Positions 30,155 through 39,959 of a stretch of 64,000 nt of DNA are shown here, piece by piece. The stretch is from assembly GCA_041744215.1 (NCBI GenBank), contig JBGTLG010000022.1:14247-78246 (forward strand), written 5' to 3'. The first letter of the stretch is position 1, and every line of letters starts with the position of its first letter. The DNA is from Fimbriimonadales bacterium. Lineage in GTDB: Bacteria; Armatimonadota; Fimbriimonadia; Fimbriimonadales; ATM1. The notes beneath the pieces were generated by a model. The model was not told where the DNA came from and ran no database searches. It was given only the letters and a program-made list of their open reading frames with translations. A program made the translations under genes and the position numbers.

Positions 30155-30328
30155 GAGAGGTGGCAATTATGGACGCTTGAGCCAAGAGCGCGGCGAATGA
30201 ATCAGGTAAGTGACGGCCGCCGCTTGGATGAACCACCAGGAAACGCCAGCAATCCGATCGAATCCACGCTTGCAATCGTGGTTCCCCGGTATCCTCGAAT
30301 CCTCACTCCCAAAAAATCGGTAACTCAT

Positions 30329-31891
30329 ATGCCCATGCAGCCGCAAGAAGAAATCGAAGTCCACATACGCGCCAGCTACCCGATCCTCTACGTCGTCACC
30401 TGGGAAGAAGAGCGCGTCTCGAACGCGATCTCCGAAATCGCCGACAGGGTCAAGCGACCCCGCAGGTCGTGGTCGCTCACGCAAGGCCTCAAGCCATCAG
30501 GCATCGACTCAGGACTTGAAAACACGCGCCTTCCCGCAGAAATCCAGGTTCTCACGCACATCCTCGGCGTAAAGGAACCCGCAATCTTCCAACTGAAAGA
30601 CTTTCATGCATACATGAGCGACTCCCGCGTCATCAGACTCCTTCGCGATGCCGCAAGCAAGCTGCGCAGCAAAAACCAAACGATTGTCATTACCGCGCCA
30701 ATTCTAAAACTTCCCCCAGAGCTCGAGAAAGATATCACCGTAGTCGAGTATCCGCTCCCTGACGTCAGCGAAATCGGAGAAGTCGTCGATGTCGCACTCG
30801 AGGCATGGAAAGGAAAGGACAGCGTCGATACAAACTTGTCGAAAGAAGATCGGGAACGCATCGTACAATCCTGCCTCGGCCTCACTCTCGACGAAATCGA
30901 ATCGGTACTCGCTCGCAGCCTCGTCGAAAAGAAGAAGCTTGACGTAAACGTCATCCTCGAACAAAAAAAGCAGATCGTTCGAAAGTCCGGCCTGCTCGAA
31001 TACTATCCCCCGCAAGAGAGCATGAAAGACGTCGGTGGAATGGAATACCTCAAAGACTGGCTGAAAAAACGCGCGTCCAGCTTCACACAGAAAGCCCGCG
31101 ATTTCGGTCTGCCTGCCCCGAAAGGCGTCCTCCTCCTCGGCGTCCAAGGCTGCGGCAAATCCCTGATCGCCAAAGCGATCGCCAACTCCTGGAACCTCCC
31201 CATGCTCCGAATGGACGTCGGCCGAATCTTCGGCAGCCTCGTCGGTCAAAGCGAAGAGAACATCCGCCGAGCAATCCGCGTCGCAGAGTCCGTCGCACCC
31301 TGCATCCTCTGGGCCGACGAACTCGAAAAAGGATTCGCCGGAACGCAAAGCAGCGGAGTAAGCGACGGAGGAACCACAGCGCGCGTTTTCGCAACATTCC
31401 TAACCTGGATGCAAGAGAAAACCAAACCAGTCTTCATGATCGCAACAGCAAACGACGTCACAAAACTCCCACCAGAATTGCTCAGAAAAGGTCGCTTTGA
31501 TGAAATCTTCTTTATCGATCTCCCAGACACAGAAGAAAGAAAAGAGATTTTCGCAATCCACCTAAACAAACGCAAACGCGACCCGAAAAACTACGATCTT
31601 GGTGCTTTGGCAAAAGCGACTGCGGGGTTCAGCGGCGCAGAAATCGAACAAGCGGTTATCGCAAGTTTGTTCTCTGCATTCGATGCAGGACGCGAACTCG
31701 CACAAGAAGACATGATGGACGAAGCGAAAAACGCGGTGCCGCTTAGCAGAATGATGGAAGAAGATATTCAAGAACTTCGCGATTGGGCAAAACTCCGAGC
31801 GAGGCCCGCAGGACACAACGACGACGAGAATCCACGCACGCCTGTCTTGGTGGGCGATGAGGGACTTGAACCCCCGACATCCTCCTTGTAA
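30329..31891 (+). CDS. AAA+ ATPase, Ycf46-like
   Basis: YPILYVVTWEEER, GVQGCGKS Walker A, DELEK Walker B, LPPELLRKGRFDE; 3' end overlaps antisense tRNA-Val. Confidence 0.88.
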   Translation: MPMQPQEEIEVHIRASYPILYVVTWEEERVSNAISEIADRVKRPRRSWSLTQGLKPSGIDSGLENTRLPAEIQVLTHILGVKEPAIFQLKDFHAYMSDSRVIRLLRDAASKLRSKNQTIVITAPILKLPPELEKDITVVEYPLPDVSEIGEVVDVALEAWKGKDSVDTNLSKEDRERIVQSCLGLTLDEIESVLARSLVEKKKLDVNVILEQKKQIVRKSGLLEYYPPQESMKDVGGMEYLKDWLKKRASSFTQKARDFGLPAPKGVLLLGVQGCGKSLIAKAIANSWNLPMLRMDVGRIFGSLVGQSEENIRRAIRVAESVAPCILWADELEKGFAGTQSSGVSDGGTTARVFATFLTWMQEKTKPVFMIATANDVTKLPPELLRKGRFDEIFFIDLPDTEERKEIFAIHLNKRKRDPKNYDLGALAKATAGFSGAEIEQAVIASLFSAFDAGRELAQEDMMDEAKNAVPLSRMMEEDIQELRDWAKLRARPAGHNDDENPRTPVLVGDEGLEPPTSSL

Positions 31892-31922
31892 GGGAGGCGC
31901 TCTACCACTGAGCTAATCGCCC
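31848..31922 (-). tRNA. tRNA-Val(TAC)
   Basis: Reverse complement GGGCGATTAGCTCAGTGGTAGAGCGCCTCCCTTACAAGGAGG...TCGCCCACCA. Confidence 0.95.
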
Positions 31923-31935
31923 ACAAGCCGCAATT

Positions 31936-33885
31936 CTACCGCTCGTCGCTTGCCTGCCGAAACTCAGACGGATAAATCAGCCTGCCATCCGATCCCGTAA
32001 AGTAGATCGTCGTTGGCCCAATCGCCTGCTGGTTGCGTGTCAGTTTGACGAGAAATCTTGTCCAATCCCTCGGCAAGAAGCTGAAAGAGTAAGGCTCCTC
32101 CGGCCGAGGCGCAGGCCGGTGCGTATCCTGATACCAATTCCGCTTTTCGCCATCGACCCAAACCACCTGCCCAACAGGCGAAGCAACAACCATCTTCACC
32201 ATGTCATCCGTCTCAAAACGCGCTTCCGTAGCCAAGTAAATCACGCCGGGCGCATTCACAAAAAACGCCTCGATATCAAAAACACAGCCGTCAAACAATC
32301 GACGCTCCCAACGCATCGGCAGCGCTGATCGGCCCGAAAAAACCTCATCCGCATTCATCCCTCTTTCAGGAGCGTAAACTTTTTCGTAACCCTCTTGCTC
32401 GCGATTGTCAAAAGGTCCGACACTCCACCAAACTTGCGGACGCAAAATCGGCGCGCGAACTTCGCCTCCATCCATGCGCATCGAAACATAACCGTCATCG
32501 CCCGACGCAACCGCGGCGATGTTTGCAACGCCCATCGCCTCAACACGAATCCGCGAACCGCGATGCGAAACCGCAACGCCTTCAGATCCAGAAATCTCCG
32601 GAACAACTTCAACCGGCGTATCACCAGGATTCTCGATTCGAAAACCAATCGAAAGCGGCTGCCCAAAATCCGAAACCACGCCATCAGGAAAACGAAACCC
32701 CGCAACCAAATCTCCAATCGCTTGCAAAGAAAGCAGCATCGGTTGCCGATGCAGCCGCGCAATCGCATCCGTCGCGCGCAAAAACGAACGATCAACACTC
32801 GCCTCGACAGAAGGCGCGCCCTCGCCCCCCCCTACATCAGCGACCGACTCATCGCCCCCCTCCCCGCCAGCCAAACTCGAATCCGCAACAGTAGATCCCC
32901 CATCGGAAAAACCAGAACCCCCACCCGATGAACCACCGCCCTCACCAGCCAAATCCCCACCCGAAGAACCCCCAACCGAAGACACAACAGCCAGCCCATC
33001 CAAAAACGCCCGACCAAGCCCCTCAAACCGCCCCACCAGCTTCTCCTCAAAACCCCCAGAATCCAAAACCCAATCCTCAGGCACAGCCCCCGCCCCCGCA
33101 GCCAAAACCGCCCCAGCGCACCCTCCCGCCGATACCGACCGGCCCCCGCAGCCCGCCGCCAAACAAACCGTCCGCCCAAAATCCCCGTCACCAAACAAAC
33201 AACCGATCAGCGCAAAAGCGTGAGTCGCAACAGCCTCGTCCGGCAGCTTCCCGCCGTCCCACCGAAGCGCGATCTCCCGAGCCTCCTGCCACGTCCGGCC
33301 GTCCCCCCATGCCTTGATCATCGCCGGCGATACCTTCCTAAGCTCCGAATCCGCAGGCAAAACGCCCTCGCCAATCTGCAAACACTCCGAAATCGACCCC
33401 GCAAACGGCGCAGCCGCAGCAGCAGCCGCCCAAAAACAAGCCGCCCAAACCCCCTCGCCCGAATGGTCGATCGTCGCGTCGTGCCATGCCCATGCCGCCG
33501 CCAAATCCGGCCGCCCAGCGAAAAGCAATCCCCAAAAAGGCCCGCGCCCCATCGCCCCACCATCATAAGAAAATGGGTTCTCAAAACTCCCCGAAAGCGG
33601 CGCCCTTAGCCCCCGTGAAACGTTCCCCAAAGCAAACCGCTGCGCGTCCTCCTTTAGCGGAAGCTCGCCATAAAGATCGCAAAGCCCATACTGATCCTTC
33701 GCCTGACGCAGATAAACCCGCGCCGCCAAAAATGGAAGCGTCTCACTGACCCCGTCCGGTATCGGCGTGTAAAAGGCGATGTTTCGCCAATCCGGCTTCC
33801 CGTCAAATGGCGCACCCAGCGTCGTCCCCGCCAACCAACCCCGCGCCCCCGCACGAACCTTCGCCGATACCTGATCATAGGACAT
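31936..33885 (-). CDS. Divergent ADP-ribosylglycohydrolase-family protein with Gly/Ser linker and C-terminal beta-sandwich domains
   Basis: GTTLGAPFDG, DATIDHSGEGVWAA, GDGDFGRTVCLAAGCG; acidic metal motifs not recognisable. Confidence 0.65.
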   Translation of the reverse strand: MSYDQVSAKVRAGARGWLAGTTLGAPFDGKPDWRNIAFYTPIPDGVSETLPFLAARVYLRQAKDQYGLCDLYGELPLKEDAQRFALGNVSRGLRAPLSGSFENPFSYDGGAMGRGPFWGLLFAGRPDLAAAWAWHDATIDHSGEGVWAACFWAAAAAAAPFAGSISECLQIGEGVLPADSELRKVSPAMIKAWGDGRTWQEAREIALRWDGGKLPDEAVATHAFALIGCLFGDGDFGRTVCLAAGCGGRSVSAGGCAGAVLAAGAGAVPEDWVLDSGGFEEKLVGRFEGLGRAFLDGLAVVSSVGGSSGGDLAGEGGGSSGGGSGFSDGGSTVADSSLAGGEGGDESVADVGGGEGAPSVEASVDRSFLRATDAIARLHRQPMLLSLQAIGDLVAGFRFPDGVVSDFGQPLSIGFRIENPGDTPVEVVPEISGSEGVAVSHRGSRIRVEAMGVANIAAVASGDDGYVSMRMDGGEVRAPILRPQVWWSVGPFDNREQEGYEKVYAPERGMNADEVFSGRSALPMRWERRLFDGCVFDIEAFFVNAPGVIYLATEARFETDDMVKMVVASPVGQVVWVDGEKRNWYQDTHRPAPRPEEPYSFSFLPRDWTRFLVKLTRNQQAIGPTTIYFTGSDGRLIYPSEFRQASDER

Positions 33886-33943
33886 ACACGGATTCTACTG
33901 ATCCTGAGAGGTCGCGGTTACGAATCCGATCCGATCTAGATCG

Positions 33944-36499
33944 CTAATGGGGGGTGGCCCGTTCATCTGCCGAGCCGTCATTTGGATAGGGAGGCATGTT
34001 TTCGATCACTCGACTTGCGTCGGCACGGGTGATCACGGTGTCGTATAGCCCAATCCCCTCTCCCTCGTGCTTGTCAACTCCTGTGTAGCGCAGGCTCGAG
34101 TCCTCATACCGCTTGAACTTGTACACAGCGTCGTTCATCAAGGCGCTGTTGAACAACCCCAGACTGACGAGTAGCTCAAAATCCTCGACGCTCAGCCCTG
34201 TCACCTTCCGAAAGAGACCAGGTTCTAGCTTGGTGATCACGTCGCGCAGCGTCCGCTCCCGGTAGTCGGTCATGTACATGAACACGGGAATCCGGGTCGC
34301 AAACTTGATCAGCTTCTCCTGAATCTCTTTGCGTTTCGACTTGGCTTCCTTCTCCTCCTCGCTCAGTTCCTTCTTGGTCTTCGGGTCGACGGTCTCGTCA
34401 TTCGCCGCCTTCTTCGCTTTCTTCACAGCTTCGGACTTGTTTATGATTGTCTCGATCTCCTGGTTCAAGCTGCGAAACCCCTCGATGTTCATCAATGCCT
34501 TCATGGCCGCCTCGTTGTCCATCAATCGTTTTAGGGTCTCGTTGTCCACGTTCACAAGTAATGCGCTCTCCCATCGACGGGCGAGCAGCGTAGCGGTCGT
34601 CCCGCTCATCGCCATGTCCAGGATGCCTGCTGCGTCGATTTGCCTCATTGAACTCCCATCGTAGGCGAGGACGGGCAGAAAGTCGATGAACTCGGCGACC
34701 TTCTTCTCCGGACTCACCTTTTCGTCCACATTCAGCCGACAGGCGATCTCCGAAATCTGCCGCAAGGCGCGGTCCGGAGCGAAGTCGAAAACGCAGCACT
34801 CCTCCTTGAGGATCACTTCCTCGTTGGGGCTCAATCCATCGGGATTCCAAACCGTCCAAGGCGACTGCACCCGAAACGCGGCCTGGAAGTAGGTTTCGGG
34901 GCTCGAGGAGTTCCGAAGCATGAGAATGCCTGTCCAGGGCCGCACGGTCACGCCCGTCGTCAGCTTGCCGCAGGTCAGCGTGATCGTCTTGGTCCTCAAA
35001 GGGTCGTCCATCTCGCGCAGGACGGGCTCGAGGGCCCGCACCCCCAGACCGGCTTCCGTGCCGGCGGCGACGATCACCTTGTAGTGGTGATAGTATCGGT
35101 TCCCCCGCTTCTTCAAGAGGTTGCTCATCGCGTGGCACGCGGCGACGCTCGGTAAGAACCACACAGTGTGCGACAACACCTCTAGGAGCCGCACGTCCGA
35201 GAAGGGCATCGGCGGCTTCTCAGCCCCGAGCTTTAGGTTGTCCACCGTCGCCGCCGCGAACGAGCCACGGATGAGGTCGAGCCACTTCTGGACCTCCTCC
35301 TCGTAGTTAAAGGTCGCCGTTGCTCCCCGCCCGCTCGCCGAGAAGAAAGCGTTGAGGTCGAATCCGTCGAACTCACCCCGCATCGCCACGTCTCTGATTT
35401 CATCGGGTAGTTGGTAGGTCATCAGCACCATGCGAGGCAGCGAGGCATAGGGGTTGTTTTCGCCCTTTCACTCTGACTTGGCCCGTTGCTCGTCAGTGTA
35501 GGTCCAGTTGAAGATCTGATCCTCGATGAACTCTCCCGACGCAATCGCCCGGAACGGCGTCCCTGAAAGATATAGGTAAGCCCTGGTCGTGATCGGCATC
35601 AGTCCTTCGTCGAAGTACTCGATCCCTTCGCCTTCCTCGAATGCAAGCTGCCCCTGGTCTTCGCCTTCGAAGAGGTCTTTGGCGTTCTCTCGCCAGGCCC
35701 CATAGTGGTACTCGTCAAAGACCACCAAGTCCCAGTTGATCGCGTGCACCCACTCGTTCTGCGTCTTGATTCCGCCGGTGCTCGGGTTTCGGCCGAGGTA
35801 GTCCTGGAACGACCCGAAGCAGACGAACGGTTTGCTCTGGTCTGCATCCTCGTAGCTCAGCCCACCTCGGACGATGAACTGCCATCCCTCGAAGTCGGTG
35901 TGCGTCTTGATGTCTTCTTCCCACGCGCTCTGGACGGCGGGCTTGAAAGTAAGCACCAGCACTCGCTTGAAGCCCATTTCTTGGGCGAGCTTGTAGGCCG
36001 CGAACGTCTTGCCAAACCTCATCTTCGCATTCCATAAGAAGTGAGGGGTCTTATCGGGCCGCTCCGAGATTGCCCGATTGAAGTAGTCGGCCGTCATCTT
36101 GACCGCCCCGGCCTGTTCCGGCCGCATGGGGAACGACCGAGTTCGATTCTCCTCATTCTCCTTACCATCCACCAGAGCCAAGATGGCGGCCCGCACGTCC
36201 TCGACGGAGCATCGGAACCACTCGCCTTCTGGGTTGAACGCTTCCTTCTTGCGCAGCACACGGTGCACGTCGCGGTCGCTAAAGGCACCGCCGTCGTTCC
36301 GCATCGCGGACTCCTCGAGCACAATCCGATAGGGCGGCTCGCCGGGCATCACGATGCTATAGATCTGCTTGAGCCTGGCTTCCGCTCCGAGAGTCGTGTA
36401 CCCGACCTTCAGCAGGCCCGCGTACTGGGGGTTCGTGTCCTCGTACGCATATATCGTCGGAGTGGCGGCTGGACGGGGGGGGAAGAATTTCTCTGGCAT
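33944..36499 (-). pseudogene. T5orf172/GIY-YIG-like plus SF2 helicase restriction subunit interrupted by one in-frame TGA (35468-35470)
   Basis: LLKVGYT...GEWF N-domain; KMRFGKT, DEYH, LSGTP; frame continues DEQRAKSE*KGENNPYASLPRMVLMTYQ into the 33944..35431 ORF. Confidence 0.8.
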
Positions 36500-36548
36500 G
36501 TGGTCTGCGAAGGTGCTATCTCAAGAGTAGCTCCGTACGGGTGACTTT

Positions 36549-38057
36549 CTAGGCGATCCTGAGTTTGATGTATCCCCACTCGTCCTCCGTGATCCCCCAT
36601 CGTTCAATGAGAAGTTCATCGCTAAAGGTCTCGTCGTAACAGGTTAAGTCTGGAATGAACTCAAAGCATCCTCTCGTCACATTCTGGGACACAACCCGCT
36701 GAAGTAGCAAGAATCGTACAGTCTTTGTAAGCAAGTATGACAAAAAGTTCTCGGCCTCTCGCCTCGTTTCGAACGCGCCCGCTACTAAGTATGTTTCATT
36801 GCACGCTTCCCCCGGTTCAGCCAAAATGACATTTCCGGCGTAGTAGAACGCAACTGGTTTGGAAAAGTCGGTCTGCCCTGCTATCGGAGCAAAGGGAATG
36901 AGCACTTTGTGCTTGCTCAACAATCCCTCCTCGCATTCGGAAATGCTGCTAGGTTCACAGAACCGACGGCCCGCCCGCTGAGCAAACCAGCACGGCGTTC
37001 CGCTGTCCAGCGGCATGTAGGTTGAAGGGATGCCAAAAGGTTGCCTGACAGATACTCTGCTGCTCAACCTCTTGCCTCCATTCTCATTCATGGCTAGAAC
37101 CTTACGAACAATTGGCAGAGCCTCGCCGCTCCTGATCAGCGTATCGAATTCATTCAGACGACGCTCAACGGTAACTAGGGATTCGCCGCTGACAGTTGTG
37201 AACGCGCATGTTCCTCGTTCGTCTCGGCACCAAAGAAAGTAGCAGATACCGCCCGCTATGTCCACCCCTGGGAAGACCTTGTCGGCTGCTTCAAAGTCGT
37301 GGATAGCACGCAGCCGATCATCCTGTAGCATTTCCTTACGAAAGTCATCCAGGCCCTTCCCGCCCGCAAACCACCGAGATGGGATGACCATAGTCAAGTA
37401 TCTCGGTAACAGTTTTTTCGCCTGCGAAACGAACCGATGATATATTGGTATAGCGCTTCTACCTGTACCTCCTCCGTCATTCAGTTGATACGGCGGGTTG
37501 CTCACGATCACGTCGAATTGCATCTCAAAGATCTCCTTTGGGTCAGTGGTGTGTATGAATCGGTAGGCATGGGTCTCCAATTCTTCGCTTCGGTCGTACG
37601 CGCCCTCGCCCGCGCCGCAGAATGTACATCTGCCATTCTGCCACGTATGCTCCATGCGGTCGAAGCGGATGTTGCCTTGCTCGTCCTGGAAGGCGGTGCA
37701 GACCGAGTATCCGCCGTTCGCGGTCTTGGAACAGTACACCGAACGGCGAGCGAGCAGAGCGGTCAGGTCGGTGATCGCGAGTCCGAAAACCTGCTTCGTC
37801 AGGATGTGGTCGATCCGCTTCTGGTGGTCGGGTATCGCTTCTTCAAGCCCTTCCACCAAACGTCGCGTGATCTCGCGGAGGAAAACGCCCGACTTACAAG
37901 CCGGATCCAGGAAGGTTGCTTTCGGGTCGCGCCAAATCTCCACCGGGAGCAGGTCCAGCACTCGGTTTGCCACCTCCGGCGGCGTGAATACCTCGTCGCT
38001 GCTCAGGTTGGCCAGGCACGTAAGAACGTCGGGGTTGTAATTTTCAGTCGTAGCCAT
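36549..38057 (-). CDS. Eco57I-like N6-adenine DNA methyltransferase with C-terminal target-recognition region
   Basis: EVFTPP, FLDPACKSG (motif I), VIVSNPPY (motif IV), IPSRWF. Confidence 0.9.
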   Translation of the reverse strand: MATTENYNPDVLTCLANLSSDEVFTPPEVANRVLDLLPVEIWRDPKATFLDPACKSGVFLREITRRLVEGLEEAIPDHQKRIDHILTKQVFGLAITDLTALLARRSVYCSKTANGGYSVCTAFQDEQGNIRFDRMEHTWQNGRCTFCGAGEGAYDRSEELETHAYRFIHTTDPKEIFEMQFDVIVSNPPYQLNDGGGTGRSAIPIYHRFVSQAKKLLPRYLTMVIPSRWFAGGKGLDDFRKEMLQDDRLRAIHDFEAADKVFPGVDIAGGICYFLWCRDERGTCAFTTVSGESLVTVERRLNEFDTLIRSGEALPIVRKVLAMNENGGKRLSSRVSVRQPFGIPSTYMPLDSGTPCWFAQRAGRRFCEPSSISECEEGLLSKHKVLIPFAPIAGQTDFSKPVAFYYAGNVILAEPGEACNETYLVAGAFETRREAENFLSYLLTKTVRFLLLQRVVSQNVTRGCFEFIPDLTCYDETFSDELLIERWGITEDEWGYIKLRIA

Positions 38058-38907
38058 AGGCGATCTCAAGATAATGCACCAGGGGGTAATCGCGAACGGG
38101 CTTCGGAATGAAGACCCTCTGCCCGGTATCGGAGATCAGCGGGGGTTCCGGCTGCGCGAAAAGCGACGCCTGATCCTCGCCGAACAACGACTTCTGGAGG
38201 TTGTCCAACATGAAGCGGGCCCCTTGGGGCTGGTCCGAGAGCAGCTCGTGAAAGGCGTACTCGCGTCGCTTGATCAGACTGCCGTTCATTGGAGACCACT
38301 CCGAGAAGACGATCGGCCCGGGGTCCGACCCAACCGTCTTAAGCGTCAGCGCGTCTCCCCAAACGATATTCCGCTCCAGGATGTACCGAACGCTCGCCCG
38401 AAAGGTCTTCTGAATTTTTCGATCGAATAACCTCAAATATTCGGCGTCCAGGCCATCGAATAGCACTTGGCGGCACGTCCGAGCGTTGCGATCCTGAATG
38501 TCAATGCCGTAGAGCGACGCCATCGCGACGATGGCGTTCCGTTCCCATTCGAGTTGGCTCTTGCGATAGCGGGTGGCGACGGTCGTGAGTTTGCGCCGCA
38601 GGACTTCGACTAGGAAGTTGCCGGTGCCGCACGCGGGTTCGAGGAAGCGCGATTCAATCCGCTCGGTTTCTTGCTTCACCAAGTCGAGCATAGCGTTCAC
38701 CTCGCGTGGTGCCGTCAGCACCTCGCCATACTCAGCAACCCTTTGCTTGCACCCGATCTGCACAACTGCAACTTCACCTGGTGGTTGTTCCAATTCGGTC
38801 GGCAAGCCGATTGGCTTAACACGCTTCTTGCTCAATTGGCCCGCGCGGACGATCGTGCCCTCCAGTTCAGCTGCCTTCGTCTGCTTCTCCTTACCCTTTC
38901 GAGCCAT
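38044..38907 (-). CDS. SAM-binding methyltransferase-like subunit lacking NPPY
   Basis: GEVLTAP, FLEPACGTGNFL, YGIDI, NIVWGDAL; no motif IV; start ATG 38907 is 8 nt after TAGAAT. Confidence 0.8.
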   Translation of the reverse strand: MARKGKEKQTKAAELEGTIVRAGQLSKKRVKPIGLPTELEQPPGEVAVVQIGCKQRVAEYGEVLTAPREVNAMLDLVKQETERIESRFLEPACGTGNFLVEVLRRKLTTVATRYRKSQLEWERNAIVAMASLYGIDIQDRNARTCRQVLFDGLDAEYLRLFDRKIQKTFRASVRYILERNIVWGDALTLKTVGSDPGPIVFSEWSPMNGSLIKRREYAFHELLSDQPQGARFMLDNLQKSLFGEDQASLFAQPEPPLISDTGQRVFIPKPVRDYPLVHYLEIAYGYD

Positions 38908-38922
38908 ATCCACCGATTCTAT

Positions 38923-38940
38923 TCGACGCAAACGCGTCGA
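38923..38940. promoter_or_regulatory. Palindrome immediately upstream of the R-M operon -10 box (possible operator)
   Basis: TCGACGC-AAAC-GCGTCGA next to TAGAAT (38916-38921, minus strand). Confidence 0.4.
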
Positions 38941-38958
38941 TTCCTCCCGCCCACCACA

Positions 38959-39111
38959 AGGTTGACATTCCGCCCTCCCAAAGACTTAACCGACGGAGCC
39001 CTTGCGCCAAAGCGAACGGGCAGGGAAACACCAACCCGCGACGCGCCGCAAGCCCCATGAACTCAAGACGCCGCGTTAACAATTAAAAACAGTGATGAGT
39101 TTGATGAGTCC
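38959..39111 (+). repeat. Bipartite non-coding element, copy 1
   Basis: Block A AGGTTGACATTCCGCCCTCCCAAAGACTTAACCGACGGA, 73-bp spacer, block B CCGCGTTAACAATTAAAAACAGTGATGAGTTTGATGAGTCC; inverted homolog at 62556-62707. Confidence 0.9.
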
Positions 39112-39192
39112 AGTGACTCCGATGACTCCGATGAGCCGACAACAGTAGCCAATCAAAACCCGTCAACCATCCCGGCCAAGACTCACGAAGAC

Positions 39193-39230
39193 AAAAAGAA
39201 AGCGGCGATCCGAAAACCTCGGATCGCCGC
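39193..39230 (-). terminator. Intrinsic terminator of the ECF sigma gene
   Basis: Perfect 12-bp stem GCGGCGATCCGA/TCGGATCGCCGC followed by a U-rich tract on the minus strand. Confidence 0.85.
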
Positions 39231-39251
39231 CAGAATCTCAGCCGCGTCTGC

Positions 39252-39824
39252 CTAAGCCGCAGCCGCCGCGGGCTCGACCACGCCCGCCAATTCGCGCTTC
39301 AAGAGCGCCCGCGCACGAAACAGCCAGCTCTTGATCGTCCCTTCAGGAGCGCCGACCCGCTCGGCGATCTCCTCGACGTCCATCATCTCGTAGTGGCGCA
39401 TCACGATGATCCGCCGATACCGCTCAGGCAACTTGCGGATAGCCTTCCGGATCACGCCCGCGAGCTCGCCGCGGAACGCCTCGTCCTCCGGCCGGTCCCC
39501 GCTCTCCAGCATGTGCTCATGCTGCTCAAGCGAATCGTGCCCTCGGTGCTTGCTCCGAACGATGTCCGTGCAAACGTTCGTGCAGATCCGATACAGCCAC
39601 GGCCGGATCGGCCGCGTCGTGTCGAACTCCTTCATCGACCGATGCGCCTTGACAAAAGTCGTCTGCGTCGCATCCGCTGCGTCGTCGCCGTTGCCCAGCA
39701 TCCGCAGGGCATGAGCGTAAACCACTCGGTAGTTCCGCTCGACGATCTCGTCGAACGCGTCGCGGCAGCCGCGTGCCGCGGCCATCGTCAGGGTCCTCTC
39801 GTTTTTTAGTTTTTTTACAGTCAT
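39252..39824 (-). CDS. ECF sigma-70 factor (RpoE/SigW-like)
   Basis: DAADATQTTF, WLYRICTN (region 2); EEIAERVGAPEGTIKSWLFRAR (region 4). Confidence 0.92.
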   Translation of the reverse strand: MTVKKLKNERTLTMAAARGCRDAFDEIVERNYRVVYAHALRMLGNGDDAADATQTTFVKAHRSMKEFDTTRPIRPWLYRICTNVCTDIVRSKHRGHDSLEQHEHMLESGDRPEDEAFRGELAGVIRKAIRKLPERYRRIIVMRHYEMMDVEEIAERVGAPEGTIKSWLFRARALLKRELAGVVEPAAAAA

Positions 39825-39873
39825 CTCTTTTTCCTCCCACCCTCCCTGGGTGAGGGGTTGAAGATATTATGCA

Positions 39874-39959
39874 TAAGAATGTGAAGGTGTAGGTTAAGAA
39901 TCCTGATGGTTTGGGGCCAAAGTCCTTACGAGATCATAAGGTCTTGACTAAGAATCCTG
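39874..39959. promoter_or_regulatory. Direct repeats and palindrome in the divergent sigma/hmgA promoter region
   Basis: TAAGAATCCTG at 39895 and 39949, TAAGAAT at 39874, CCTTA-N8-TAAGG between them. Confidence 0.45.

Larger units (their letters stand above)
33900..38940. mobile_element. Accessory island with three-gene restriction-modification-like system (boundaries approximate, no integrase seen)
   Basis: Three co-oriented defence-type genes with composition unlike the strongly skewed flanks. Confidence 0.55.

Noticed and set aside
32355-33878. Many long overlapping Pro/Lys/Gln-rich ORFs (e.g. 32519-33223 +)
   Set aside because: By-product of T depletion on the + strand, which removes stop codons; no family motifs.
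35468-35470. Selenocysteine or genome-wide TGA-to-Trp recoding
   Set aside because: TGA is a normal stop in hisB, pyrR, pyrB, gmk and fmt; the context is not redox-like and no SECIS was evident.
33888-38921. Direct repeat CACsGATTCTA as island target-site duplication
   Set aside because: Both copies are simply the TAGAAT leaderless promoter of the adjacent gene.
39085-39140. Hammerhead ribozyme suggested by TGATGAG repeats
   Set aside because: The core needs CTGANGA plus GAAA with three stems; here it is GTGATGA/TTGATGA without such stems.
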